DNA of 63,941 bases, filler included, from Reclinomonas americana ATCC 50394 (taxonomy: Eukaryota): the NCBI GenBank assembly GCA_048213135.1. It is 15 parts of 15 records of this genome, joined end to end, with 100 filler letters (N's around TTAATTAATTAA, not from the genome) between each part and the next. Parts side by side here need not be neighbours in the genome. Positions count along the whole stretch, not along the records: positions 47,667 to 52,894 come from AFZH01019013.1; positions 52,995 to 56,682 come from AFZH01019014.1; positions 56,783 to 58,419 come from AFZH01019015.1; positions 58,520 to 60,843 come from AFZH01019019.1; positions 60,944 to 63,941 come from AFZH01019028.1; 10 more parts are not named here. One strand, given 5' to 3'. The position numbers and the translations under genes are program-made. Numbering within the stretch: the stretch's first letter is position 1; every line of letters begins with the position of its first letter. The notes beneath the pieces were generated by a model. The model did not search any database. It saw nothing but the letters and a program-made list of their open reading frames with translations, and was not told where the DNA came from. This document shows positions 50,278 through 63,894 of the stretch, piece by piece.

Positions 50278-52833
50278 ATGCACACGCGCACAAGCAGCCT
50301 TGTGCTGCTGCTGCTCCTTGTCGTCGTCGTGTGTTGTGCAGTGGCAACACGTGCAGTTGCGCCCTCCTCTCGTTCTCTCTCGCGCTCTGTGCACGTCTCA
50401 CTGTTTGCGCGCGCGCAGTTGCCCGCACGCGAGGAGGTGCCGCCTGCCGCTGTGTCACTGGTGTACCAGTCGACTGAGAGTGTGCTCGATGAGGTCATGC
50501 GATTGGCCGAGAGTCGAACTGCGCTGTGGGGCTTGAAGAGCGACGTGGACCGGAGAGTAGAGCGCGGTCAGTCTCTCGCGCTTACTCACGCAGCAAGTCA
50601 TCATTATAACACGCACACATTGGGCAGATGAGTTGATGCACTGGCTGCAACCTGGTGCCGACGAGCTGGGTGTGACGCTGCGGTTGCGAGAGGATCCGCG
50701 TACGCGAGTCGTGCGCTGTGCGTCGTCCAAGGTGACACGCGTCTTGTCGGTGCGCTGCGCCGCCAACGTGCCAGGCAGCGATCTGTGTGTGCCAGTTGTG
50801 CAGTGGCGCATTGCGTTGGAGCCGGGAGCGTCTGCACCACGAGAGGACGCAGTACGTGCTCTCATTGTGTTTGGCGAGCACGGACGGGAACTCGTGTCGA
50901 CCGAGATCGGCATGTCGCTGCTGGATCGAGTGCTAATGGCCACCGAGGGTCCCTGTGACCTCGACCAGGAGCCACTGGATCGGTTCCTGTGGGAGCGTGT
51001 GGAGTTTACAGTTGCGTAACCTCGGCGGTCGGTCATCAGTGCCACACCAAACTGATCGATGCCCGCCGATAGATCTTTCCGCTGGTCAACCCGCACGGGC
51101 ATCGCACGGCGCGCACCAGCAACGCCTGTTCGCGCACCAACAGCAATCAGGTCGATCTCAATCGCAACTACGAGAAGCACTGTTGAGTGGTTCTTGTTGT
51201 CGGCTTGGTCGCGAGGGGAGTTTGACACATGACTGTGCTCGTTACAGGGCGACCGCAACATGAGCCCGGCCACGAGGAGTACTCGGGCCCATCGGCATTC
51301 AGTGAGTTCGAGTCGCGTCTCGTGCGCCAAGCCGCCATGGCCTTTCGGCCGCACCTCTTTGTGTACGTCGTTGCATGCATCGTGGCCGCCGGCTCCGGAA
51401 CGAGATCTCTTACATGTGCTTGTTGTCCGCACAGCAACGTGCACTCGGGCGAGTTCTCCTTGTACTCGCCGTACGATTACACGAGAGATCCACTGCCACC
51501 GGCATTCAACGTCATGAAGGAGATCCTGTCGGCGGCCGCTAATCAAGTACCGTGCCCACGCTGTGTGATTGGTGCCGGCGGAGCGGCATCGACCTATGTG
51601 GCGTACGGCACCAGGTGCGTCTGCCATCCCTTGTACGTGCGACAACCCTCGCCTCATATCTATCTCTGTCTCTCTCTCCGCACCTGCATAGCATGGACTA
51701 CATGTACGAGGAGATTGGCGTGCCGATGAGCGTGACTCTGGAGGTGTACAGCCATTCGCAACTGCAGACATGCGCCGGCTACTTCAATCCACTTTCTATT
51801 GAAGAGCTCAACACCACCACCTCCTCGTGGACGCGCGGTTGCGTCTCTCTGTTTTCCCCCTGCATTCACCACCTTGCCTTCTTTCCGTCTATAACACGCA
51901 CGTGCAGCGATTGTGGAGCTGGCGGTGGGCGTGCACGATCGCCTGTTCGGCAGCAAGACTCTGCCGCTTCCCGGCGGCGACAACAGTGCGCACCATCGCG
52001 TTGCTGAGCAGGTGGTCTCCGCCGCAGCACTCGGCAGCCGGGATTTTGTCAGTGGCTTGTGCGGCGCATCCGACTGCCTGCTGGGAGAGACGCCCATCAC
52101 GGCAGAGTGGTACACGTACGTGCCGGCTGTGTTGGGACGCTCTGCGTCGTCTCTCGGTGATTCGACGACTGGAGACTCGTTGCTGGTGGGCGAGAAGCTC
52201 CATCGGCAGCAGTTGATCATCCGCACGCTGGCGGCCATCTCGCTGGGAGCGCTTGCGTTGTTGAGCTATGCCATTTTGAGCACGAGGAGATCTGTGGGCT
52301 CGGTGAACGGCAGTGTGACACTCGGCGGCGGCGGTGGCGTCGGTGGTGTCGGTACCGCTCTGTCGTCCACGCGGCGTGCACCACCACTGTCGCGCCAGTT
52401 TTCGTCGCGAACATCACAGTCGTATGCTGGCGGCAGTGGCTCCTTTAGCGGCAGCAGTGGCTCACTGGGTGGCGTGGGAGGTGCGGCTGGTGGAGTTGGC
52501 GGCAGTGCCGTAAGTGGCGGCTTGCGACCGGCCAGCTCGGCCACCGCACTGTCATCGCCTCCGACGCATAGCGTGTTGCGCCACGAGCGTGGACCAGTGG
52601 CAATGGTAAGACCAAGCGGCAGCAGCGGGGTGCTGGTGGGCGGAGGTGGTGGTGGCGGCGGTGGCGGCCCTGTAGCCATTGGCAGTGTCGGCGGCTCCAT
52701 CACCGTGCTGCCAGAGGAGACGCCGGTGATCGTGGCCGACGACAGTCTCTTTGACGTGCACCATGTGGCGCGTGGTGTGCCGTCGAGCCAGTACGACGCA
52801 AGTGGCTCTCCATTACGACCATCCAACGTGTAA
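50278..52833 (+). CDS. M14 zinc carboxypeptidase with signal peptide, C-terminal TM helix and Gly/Ser-rich tail
   Basis: GEHGRE (HxxE), PLVNP.G, VDLNRNY, YSGPSAFSE.E, NVHSG, SMDYMY and TLEV. Confidence 0.88.
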
Positions 52834-52994
52834 TAGTGAAGACGTACAACAAGAGGAAAGCAACATGCAGCTGTCGCGTTTTATTCCACAGGTTNNNNNN
52901 NNNNNNNNNNNNNNNNNNNNNNNNNNNNNNNNNNNNNNTTAATTAATTAANNNNNNNNNNNNNNNNNNNNNNNNNNNNNNNNNNNNNNNNNNNN

Positions 52995-55900
52995 GGACGA
53001 GCGCACAAAGTGCCATTTCAGTGCACGCGATCGCGGCATGCCCAGCAAGCGTCGATTGCAAGTCAACAGGATGCGGTGCTCTCTACGTCGATCACACACA
53101 CACGCAGTGAGCTCGTACAGTGTGCGCCTCCGCAAGCATGCCAGCAACACACGAACCGCACAGCCAGTGCCACCAGCTCGGCAATGCTGACGCCCGGGAA
53201 GAACCAAGTGTCGATACCACAATGCCGCATGCGCCGGCCACTTCATCCGCCACGTAAGTGAGACAAACAGGCGAATGATCACGCATCGCACGAAGGGAAC
53301 GCAACAGTCGACGGAGTGTGGAATCGACGACAAACTTGTGCGGTAGGCCAGCGTAGTCACCGGGCGATGGCATGGGCGGAATCACGTACACTTCGGTGGA
53401 GGCCGCACTGTTGGTGGAACAATGAGCACCCTCGCACATAACATCACACCTTATCGGTGCGTCACGCACTTGGCCGCTGTCAACACCGCCTCGACTCGAT
53501 GTCTACCGACGGTCTCCAGCGACATGTCTCGGATGCAGGAGGCCAGCGACAAACCGAGGTGTGAAGCACACTCGGCCATCGAGTCAAATAGCGGCAACTA
53601 CACGAGTGTACGGCACGAGTGAGCAGTGCTGCTGTGCATGCACCGCGCGCGCCAAGCAGAACGCAACCAGACAGTGCGCATCAGTGCTGGCATACATGCG
53701 CTGCTCGGTAGTCAGGGGTCTGCAAAGAGATGAGAGACTGCGTGAACACAAACGCGTGCGTTTCCCCGCCCGGTCACACGAATAACCTGCGTTCCCAGTT
53801 GGAGAGTTGCTGCTGCTTGGAAATGTCGCCGCCGAGGTACACATGACACAGCTCCGACAGCGACACCGGATGTCGCCGGTTCAGCCGGCTGCGCAGATCC
53901 AACTCGGGCAACGCGTAGCCTTCGCGCAGATTGCCGAGACTGAACTCAAAATCGGCAAACACCAATTGCTCATCGGCATCTGCCTGCTCATCCGCCGAAC
54001 CAGATCCAGACGCCGAGGTCGACGAAGTGATGAGATTCGCCACCTCGGCGAGATCAACAAAGCACGCGGCGCGCTGAAAGCACGGTGCATGTGGATATGA
54101 GCTGCATAGCCGCTGCAAGTCATTGTGGAAGCGGTACCCTGCGGCGACGTGGAATGTGAGGTGAATACCTCAAGGCGCAGAGACCACAGTACGTACCGAC
54201 TTTGAGGAGAGAGTCACACTCGAACAGACCGGTCAGCAACTCCGTTGTCTCCCGCATATGTGGATTGCTGGCGCTACTGCATTCTGCACCAGCCTCTGCC
54301 GTCTCCTCGGCGCTCTCCATCTCCACAAACGGGCTGCGTGCCAACAAGCGCGGCAGATCCACCAAATACACGCTGTTGGGTGTCGCAATTTGCAGTAGCT
54401 GCGCACAGAGAGATTAAGATGGCTGCAGAGAGAGAGAGAGAGCACGCCCCATGCACTGTCACACACGCACTGCCACTCGCGAGTTGGGGAAGCAATTCAG
54501 CGCCGGCTTCCACTCGGCATCCATGGCCGCAATCGGGGCCTGCAAAAGGTAACACTGTGCCGTGAGCGCCATACACACAAACAAGGCACTCTCAAAAAAA
54601 CACGCATTCACACCTCGAGACACGCAGCCACCATCTCCGCCACCTGTTCGTGCGTTTCGACATTGTGCACCGTGACGTGCGCCGGAAGTGCCAGCACCTT
54701 GGTTCCCGGTTCGTCACTCTCCTCGTCTCTGCATACTCGCCATTGAGTGCAAGCATGCGTCACCATCAATGGATAGGCCACCATCGAACCTCTCCTCTGC
54801 ATCGCCCGTGGGGCGCATGTCGCCAGTGGAGATGACAGTCATCATACCGGTGCAGAGAACCTCGGGTTGACCGGCGGTCAGTTCGCCGGGCGCTGCCAGA
54901 TTTTTTCGCTGCAACATCTCCACCGAGTTTCCGTGTGCCCAAGCCGCACGACGAGCGTGCTTCGTACCAGAGACACCCGGTGGCGGCACAGCATCGCCAG
55001 AAGACATGTCCGCGATTGCGACCTCAATCTCCAAATGCGCCAGGTGGTCCACGTGGAGGATGAAGGCCTCCACTTGCGACACCAGGTCGCCATCACCTCT
55101 CGGTTCCACCAGGCCGTCAGCAAAGGCTCGGTGTACCACCTGTCGGGCGTGGCTCGACTGTCCGCAGCGCACCAACTCGGTGGCCACCGCCTCCAACATG
55201 GAAGTGCGCCAAGCCGCAATCGGGTCGCTGCTCGAACAGTTTTCACAGTACCGACGCGGTGGTTGGTCGCCCACAAACCCATACAGCATCTCCACATTGG
55301 CACCGGAGTTGATCAGTCGCTTGGCCACATACCGTTGTGTGTACGACACCAGCTGGGCGGTGGGCGAGTGAGTGTGGGGATGGGTGGGTGAACAAGGATG
55401 TTGAGCGATGCACAAATCGTACCGCAGGAAACGCGCACTCCTTGTCGTGGAGACCAAACTCGTGTAGCATGCGACGCGAGGCCGGCAGCTGCACCGAACA
55501 GAGTTGGAATGCAGTTGATAGCGGCCATGATGAATGAAGAAAAGAGAGAGATTGAATCACCTTGTTGACTCGGATCAATGCCTCGATCACTAGTTGCGGC
55601 ACTCCGCGCTGGCTGTACGTGCGAGCAAACTCCATGGCCACATCGTGACGATCCTGTCGGCACACACCAAGTCAGACGCTCGGCGATCCGTGGTGATCAC
55701 CACACTCAAGTTTCCACGCACCAGCGCGACAATCTCGCGAACCAGCGTCGCCACATCGACCTTATCAAACAACTCCTCAAAGTGTGCAACATAGGCCGCC
55801 GCTCGTACACAACCGTCTCGCGACGCCTGCATCACCGCGGTCACAATGTCCAACAGTGACACACCTGCGTGATCGTATGAGTCTCGCAACACACGACCGC

Positions 55901-56495
55901 GATGCGCGCTGTGTGTGTGTGATTGCAACTGCGCATGTGCTCGTCGCCGTAGTAGTGCACCAGCATGACCCGGAAGACCGCCGGGTGCACCTCGCGTGCC
56001 AGACGAGCCAGCGCCACTTCCGCGTGGAACCATCTGCGTCAAGACAACTCGCAGCTCAACACGATGCATGCACAGCGTAGAATGTAGATCGACCGCAACT
56101 CGTTCCACGACGGGTGCACAGCGTCTGCCTCTCGCATGACACGAGGCAGCACGGCTCTGCACACGACAAAGAACGCCTCGTGCAACTCGGGCAACTGCGA
56201 GGGGTGCGCACAGACAGTCACATTCCAGCTCACACACACGCTGTGCTGCGGCGAGGCTAAATACCTTGGAGATCTTGGCGGCGTACTGCACAAACAACTC
56301 GGCGTCGTCGCGACAGTGCGGCAACACACTGGCGGCACTCCATTCACACAACTCGTCGACGCGATCCGTGGTCGACTGGTGGTCGCGCAACACACGCAGC
56401 CACTCTCGCAGCAGCTTGCGACGACACAACTCGACCGCGTCGGGCACTTTGGTGGCGCTGGAGCCACTGGTGGCTGCAGCGGCTGCGTCGCTCAT
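52995..56495 (-). CDS. EXD3: MUT-7/EXD3-like 3'-5' exonuclease with Mut7-C domain; 3' end at gap
   Basis: MDAEWKP, LLQIAT, SLSELC...ISKQQQLSNWERR|PLTTEQRMYASTDAHCL, then KFVVDSTL and RILLTCNRRL. Confidence 0.8.
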
Positions 56496-56811
56496 GGACC
56501 TCTTCGTCGAGTGAGGTGGGCCAGGGGACACGAGGACGATGGCATGTACATTCACTCTTGTTTTTACATACACACAAAGACGACAGACAAGTCGACGGGA
56601 ACCCCACATTACGCCGCAGAGAGCGTAGCGTTCAAGGGTGGAAAAAGTAAACATCATTCGTTAACAACAACAACAACAACATNNNNNNNNNNNNNNNNNN
56701 NNNNNNNNNNNNNNNNNNNNNNNNNNTTAATTAATTAANNNNNNNNNNNNNNNNNNNNNNNNNNNNNNNNNNNNNNNNNNNNCAACAACAAAAAACAAGG
56801 CTTTTCTGTCA

Positions 56812-58387
56812 TCATGGCTCGTCGAGGCGCTGGTCACGAATGGACTGCACCAGGTCGAGAATTCGTTGGGTAGGACCGGCTTCCTATAATCACACAACCA
56901 AAAGAGAGACGTCAGCATTCGCACACAAATAGAGAGAATTGAGACTGGCAGCGCACCCGTTCCATGAGCTCCGCCAGCTCTCGCAGCGAGTACTTGGCCA
57001 TCGACAGCCGCTGCAGGGACGAATCCATGTCGGCGTACTGCTCGCGTTCCCACGCACTCGACGGCTTGAAATGTGGGAAGTCGGAGAAGAGTTCTAGCTC
57101 ACGCAGCATGTTGACCTGCACGCAACCAGCCACATGAGCAACAGGCGATCTCCTCACTCTTCGGCGAAAGGAAAGCCCCACATACCTCGCCCACAATGTC
57201 GGCACTCCGGTAGTCAGCCGACTGCACGCATACGCACACACATACACGTGAGAAAGAGGAGGGAGAGTGTGAGGAGGAGACAACACAACGCACCGTGCTA
57301 AAAGTGATTAGATTGTCGAGACATTGCAGGGTGGTCTTCAGCTCCTCCTCCATCAACAATTGGTACTGCACCGCGCGAGCTCACACGTGTGAGTAACTGA
57401 TATCAAGCAGGACGAGCATGCACGCGCACGCGCACACAGACCTCTTCAACACGCTGGCGCGATTCGGGATCCACCACCAGTGGTTTGGGCGCCGCTGACG
57501 TCGGCGTCGACGCGGCCACACGCTGTGGCGATGCTGCCGCAACGGCTGGTGCTGGTGCTGGTGCTGCCACCGGCGGTGGTGCATGGTTCGACGACGAGAA
57601 CGACACCGCCTTCCGAGCTGAATCGTCGCCATGGCCATTGTGTGAGGCCGGCGACTGTTGTTGTTGCTGGTGCGGCGGCTGGCCACCACGCGGCGTTGTC
57701 TCGCGCGATGTTTGCCTGCTGTGCGACCGGCTGCCATTGGCGCTCCGGTTGCCGCTAGCACTACCATTGGTGTAACCATGAACTGGTGACGGTGACCGCC
57801 GAGTGGGCGACGGCACCGGCGAGTACCGTGGTGGAGTGGCGGCGTGCGACGAGCGGCTGCGACCCTCGTCGGACTCGATCACGCGTCCGTGATTCTGCAT
57901 CACGTGAAGTTCCAGTTGATCCTTGAGACGAAGCAAATCGGTGGTGTCCACTGCGTGCCCATGTTCGGCAGCCTGCGCACACACGCCCTCCATCAGTGAG
58001 ATACACACACACACACACACACAAAGAGTGACAAGGGGATCGCATTACTCGCTCACCTTGTCCATCAGCGACACTGCTTCACGGAGCGCCTCCTGCGTCT
58101 CTGCCAGCTGCTCCCGCAAGTCTTTTTCTGATCGCACAGGCACCTCCGTCTGCATTTTTCAGCCACCACGAATGAGTACACACAGTGGCGGTCGTGCTCG
58201 CACGCAATCCCGCAAGCCACACGAAACCTTGCGCAATGCCGACGCCAGCGTCGTCTTGGTTCTCTCCAGATCGTCAGTGACAGCCTTGAGTTGCAGTTGT
58301 TGCTTGGCCACCAGATCGATCTCGGCCAGATGCCTGTGAGCGCACATGCGTGAGATTTTACGTGTGGAGGTGGAGCGAGTGACATTG

Positions 58388-58419
<32 letters not shown>

Positions 58420-58816
58420 NNNNNNNNNNNNNNNNNNNNNNNNNNNNNNNNNNNNNNNNNNNNTTAATTAATTAANNNNNNNNNNNNNNNNNNNNNNNNN
58501 NNNNNNNNNNNNNNNNNNNTTGTTGCTGCGGGTGTTGTTGCTGGTGTTGGCCAAACGCCGCAAAGGAGCTCACGTGCAGCGCGTTTGCGGTGGCGTTGAA
58601 GGAGGGTGAGAAGGGGAGCGAGTGGGAGGCGGGCGAGGAGAAGGCGGCGAGTGGGTGAGCATGGCGACTCGGCGAGGCCGTTGGCCGCTCAAACAGCACC
58701 GGGGTGCCGACAATCAGCATGTCGTCCGAGGGCCACATCGAGGAGGCTGCTGAGGAGGAGGAGGGCGTGCTGCTGCCACTGGAGGTGATGATCCCCAGCG
58801 AGAGTGCCGTCGTCAT
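56812..58816 (-). CDS. Unknown coiled-coil / low-complexity protein spanning a gap
   Basis: A chain of GT-AG-bounded open exons (for example LREQLAETQEALREAVSLMDK and LQRLSMAKYSLRELAELMER). No family recognised. Confidence 0.5.
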
Positions 58817-59404
58817 TTGCGTTTCAGATCAAGAGTGAGAGCGGCACGCGTTTTGCTCTCCAAATTCGGTGACTGAAAAAAAATATGTACGCGCACGGTT
58901 TACGGCGGTTTCATATGCACAGGTGGCGCGTCGTCATGGGACTTTTTTCTGTTCGTGCTCTGTCTCTCCGGGTGCACGCGTGGCGCTTGTTTTGTGTGTG
59001 TCGTGTGTCGTGTCGTGTGCGCGGGCACGTGGATCGGAGAATTGAATCGTTGGTTGCAATTGCGCGAAGGGCATGATGGCGCCTCAAATTGAATTCGGAT
59101 CTGAGCGCACGTCGCGTGATGAGGGGTGGTGGATCGCAGTAGCGTGCGCAGTGGAGCTGGTGAAGGGCGGCTTTGGCTGGCCGGTTTGCCCCGCAAAGAT
59201 CCGGATCCGGACACGCACGTCGTGAAAAAATCAAACAATCGGGCCGTCGCTTGGCGTTTCCTTCCCCGTCGTACACGTTCTTCCGCGGAACATATCTCCA
59301 GTGGAAGTGTAGGTCGCCCAGCCTCTCTCACTCGTCGACAATTGATCACGTCCCGCACTGCGTCCCACATCACATCACACGCTGCAGCAGACGACAAGGA
59401 CGCG

Positions 59405-60843
59405 ATGAGCAAGCTGAAGGGTGAGTGAGGTGCACAGGTAGACAAGCGTGCCTCGCAGTGCATTCTTGCGTTGTGTGTTCTTCCGCGGCGGGACATCACG
59501 CGCAAAACACGTGGGCGCAACATGACGCACGCACGCACTCTCTCTCCCTCTCTCACACACATGCATGCACACAAGACAGCCATTGACTAGCTGCACTGTG
59601 CATTTATGTGTGCGCGCGCGCATGAGATTCACACTCCTGTCTACATTTCTCTCTCACACAAAAATGTTCTCACTCACTCGCACGCAGGATTGCTTGGCCT
59701 CGGGCCCTCATGCGCGGTGGAGATCTTCTTTGACAACTGTGAGAAGCGACGCACAGTGGATGTGCAAATGGAGGAGCGCGTGGACACGCAGTATGTGTTT
59801 CAGGGACACGAGCCGATCTCGGGGCGCGTGGTCATTCGCCCGAACCCCGGCAAGAAGATTGAGCACACAGGTGGGCGAGAGAGAGGGAGGGAGAGATGTG
59901 AGGGGAAGAGGAGAACAGAGCTAATAATGCAATCATTAGTGAGAGGCTGCAGATTTGAGACGAGTCAGAAAAGGATGCAAGGCGTCAAGGGAGCGAGCGA
60001 GACGAGTCGATGACGCACTCTTGACACGAGACGAGAGAGATAAGAATGCAGGATCAGTGACCTAGAGGATCAAGGTGTCGATGCAGTAGAGACACATGAG
60101 AATGCAAGGTGTTCAGAAAGCGAGAATGACGAGTGAGGAGAGTCAAGGGTGCAGGGCAGTGCATTCAAGGGAGCGAGAGGATCAAGTTGCAGATGCAGTC
60201 GAGACACATGAGAATGCAAGGTGTTCAGAGTGCGTGAAAGAAGAGTCCTAGACGCACTCTAGACGCGAGACGAGAGAGATAAGAATGCAGGCGTACATAG
60301 AGTGCGAGAGAGACGAGTTGCATTCGTAGTGTGTACGGAATGTTTCATGTTTCATCACTCCTGATTGTCGACTGGGCAGGCCTGCGCGTGGAGCTCATTG
60401 GCCAGATTGTGTTGACGTACGAGCGCGTGGAGCGACAAGACTTCACGTCGGTGGTGCGTGCACTGGAGGCGTCGGGCGAGATCTCTAGCGAGTCGGCGTA
60501 CGCGTTCGAGTTCCCCACGGTCGACAAGCAGTTCGACTCGTACAACGGCATCAACGCGCAGCTGCGCTACTTTTTGCGCGTGACGATTGTGCGTCCGTAC
60601 TCGACGAATGTGGTGCAGGAGCAGGAGTTCTGGGTGGAGAACTTCTCGAGGGAGCCGCCAGCGCTGCAGTCGGGCCCCATTGCGGCCACGCCGGCGGAGA
60701 CTGGCGTCGCGGCCCTTGCCGGTATCAAGATGGAGGTCGGCATTGAGGATTATTTGCACATTGAGTTCGAGTACGACAAGTCACAGTTGCGTCGTCCACG
60801 TGTGCGGCGACGGCGGTGGGATGCTGACATCGCCACTCCTCCA
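59405..60843 (+). CDS. VPS26: Retromer subunit VPS26; 3' end at gap
   Basis: PGKKIEH.GLRVELIGQI, SYNGINAQLRYFLRVTI and IKMEVGIEDYLHIEFEYDKS. Confidence 0.95.
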
Positions 60844-60943
60844 NNNNNNNNNNNNNNNNNNNNNNNNNNNNNNNNNNNNNNNNNNNNTTAATTAATTAAN
60901 NNNNNNNNNNNNNNNNNNNNNNNNNNNNNNNNNNNNNNNNNNN

Positions 60944-63460
60944 CGCCTCGTTTTCTGTCGGCGCAAAGGTAGGGGAAAGGGTAAGCGTACAAGAATGTGT
61001 GGGGAGGGTGGTGGGAACAACGCACCGAGCTTCTCCGTGAAAAAGTCCACCTTGCCGCTCTGCACCGCCACTCCACTCGGCTGCACAATGTACATTTGCG
61101 CCGAGTACCGACGCCCCGGCAAGAGCGTGCCGCCCAACTCCATTCGCTCGTCGGCCACGTGGCCGACGGCATATGCAACGGGTGTCTTCATCGGGTTGAC
61201 CGTGTCCTGTGATGCGGACAGTGAGCATGCAGGGAGAGGAGCAGGGGGTGGATTGATAAATGTGCGATGAATGTGAATCTCAATTGGAGATGACGTACCA
61301 AAATCGCTGCAATGCACGGCGCCCCGTCGACCGTGTGCGGTGGCAGCATCCACGTGATGGTCACTCCGTACGGTGTGGTACGGTCGACCTGCAACGACAT
61401 GGGCTCTGCGCGAGACACACAGTTGTCAGCGAGAGGCGCAGACTTCCAGAAACGACGGCACGGCGCACCTTGGCACTTCCACACACGCAAACGCCGATCG
61501 TCACCACCCGTGGCCAGCGCGAGCCCATCGGGGCTCCACTGCACCGTGTTGATGCCGCCGCGGTGCGCGTCTTCGATACATTGTTGCTCGGAGTACGGGT
61601 ACGATGCGTCCCACTGTGATGGCGGTGCTGATGAGCAAGAAATGAAGACTTGTGTGGCGCAGTACCTGCAGAATGCCTCTATGACTGTGACGGACTGCAG
61701 TGGCGCACTGTCTGCTCCTTGTATCATCTATTGACACACCCCATCGTCAGAATTCGTGGTGCGCTGTCTACGAAGCGCCACTTCTACGGCTACAGCGAGT
61801 CGCCGGCATCATCGCGCACTCTCTGAAAGTGTCTCTATGACTATTGCGGAGTGCAGACTTTCGTGGTGCACTGCGTGCTCTTTGTGTTCCTAACAGCGCA
61901 GCTCATTGCCAGCATTCGTGGTGCACTCTGTGTGCAAAGTGCCCCAACCACAACTACATCGTACGCAGACTCATTTCGTGGTCTACTCGGTGCCAAGCTC
62001 TACGAATACGGCGGACTGCAGACATGCGTGGGGTGCACTCTGTGCAAGGAGACTCCTCTGCGAACTGCAAAAAGCTTGCGGTCCACTGCCTGTTCTTTGT
62101 GCTCGTGGTTCGCTATCTGCAAAGCGTCCCTTCCTGAACTTCAAACATTCTCCTTCCACACAAACACACACATCCTTCTCACTACCGCCACGCACCACTC
62201 GCAAAGTCCGATCCAGTGAGACGGATGCGATTCGTGTACCGTCGTGTCGCAATGACACGCCCATGATCGCTTCCTGTGGCACAGGGTGAGTACACGAACT
62301 GTAGTTGTGATGGGAGAGGTAGGCTCGAAGATGCACCTTGTGGCCGACAAATGTGGTCAGCAACTCGCCCGTTTCGGCATTCCACAGCTTCAGCTGTCGA
62401 TCGTACGAGCCCGACACGCAGGTGGGCACCCAATCACCCGCCGACTGAACGAGTGCGGTGAGTGTCTGAGTGGTCACAAAGTCACACGAGAAGCGACTCG
62501 ACTTACCGACTGCTGCAGAGCACCCGACACGGTGGTGATACCGGCAGTGTGGGAACGCAGCACGTGCAGCGACTCGGCGGAGCCACGCCGCGTGTCCCAC
62601 ACTCGCAGTGTCGAGTCCTCGGAGCTGCAGAGGCGCAGTATGAGCAACCTCGATGACATTCATCACCACCAGGAGCCCATGGCCACTCACCACGACACAA
62701 TCAGGTGATCCTTGTCGGCCCATGTCACGCCCGTCACCGCCAGTGTGTGCCCCACCAGTTTGGTGGCCTGTTCTCGCGACCGAATGTCCCACAGACAACA
62801 CATGTTGTCTTTGGAGACAGACGCCAGCAGCGACTCTTCACGTGGGTGAAAGGCGACGCCCGATACTCCCGACGTGTGCCCGCCCTCGAGCGTCACCGGT
62901 GGGGTGTCGGCCTGCATGACAGCCACAGAGAGGGAGAGAAAAACGAGACACGGCCGTTGGCATTGCGGAGGGATGTGCACGCCGACGACGATGATGCAGA
63001 AGCTCACCACAGGCTGCGATCCAAAAGTCCACAAGAGAATGTTGCCGTCCTCGGAGCACGTGGCTGCAAGAAGGAAGACGAGTCACAACAAAGCATACGT
63101 GTGGACGGTGTGCCGAGTTACGCACCCAGCATTGCTCCCTGCACATCCCCATGATGGGCACGAAATGAGCACACAGGAAGGCTGCAGCACGCGGAATGAC
63201 GCACACAACGCACCGACACGCTCCACGACATCGACCGCACATTGTTGGTGTGGCCGTGCAGGGTGTCGGCCAGGCTAAACTCACGTCCTCGCGCCAGCAA
63301 CTTGGCACGGTACTCGACGCTGGTGGCGACCTGTCAGACGGGCGGTGAGGAGATGACGGACACAGAGAGAGAGAGAGGTAATCAAGTAAACCTCGTCGGG
63401 TCGCGATGGAGGCGCCGAGTCCCACACAGTGACGGATTGATTGTGTTTCAGCAGTCCTGC
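60944..63460 (-). CDS. WD40-repeat protein followed by a fibronectin-III-like domain; both ends incomplete
   Basis: Divergent WD repeats (GHTNNVRSM, GHTSGVSGVAFHP, GHTLAVTGV, AHRGGINTVQWSPDG), then EPMSLQV...VTITWMLP...LLPGRRYSAQM. Confidence 0.75.
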
Positions 63461-63844
63461 GATGGGAGAGGAAGGGAGTGAGTGAAACCGCGAGAAGAGG
63501 AAGGAAAGGAGCGAGATCTCTCTCTCTCTCTCTGCAGACTCTTATCTGTCGTTTCTCTCTTAAGAGAGGAGGAGTCACGAGAGGTGAAAAGAGAGGGCGA
63601 GAAAGTGAGCGCGAGAAGAAACCAGGGAGTCACAAGGGCGACAGAAACGACAAAGAGAAGGACAACGCTGAGAGAAAGAGAGAGTACGGGCTTCTCTCGC
63701 CGATGTGACTCCCTGTTCTCTCACTCTCTGTCCACCTTTCTCATGTCGCTTCATCGCACACTGTCCTGCCCTCGCCCTTGTGACTCCCAGTCTCTCTATC
63801 ACTCCACCTTTCTCTTTCCCCATTTTCTCGTTCCTTCTCCCTCC

Positions 63845-63894
<50 letters not shown>

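Noticed and set aside
50455..51771. 438-aa minus-strand ORF
   Set aside because: Antisense shadow of the carboxypeptidase in GC-rich sequence, with no recognisable motifs.
12915..60943. Recurring TTAATTAATTAA palindrome as a biological repeat or insertion site
   Set aside because: Always centred in identical N runs. It is an all-frame stop linker, and genes such as LRRC56, NDUFA12 and the protease continue across it.
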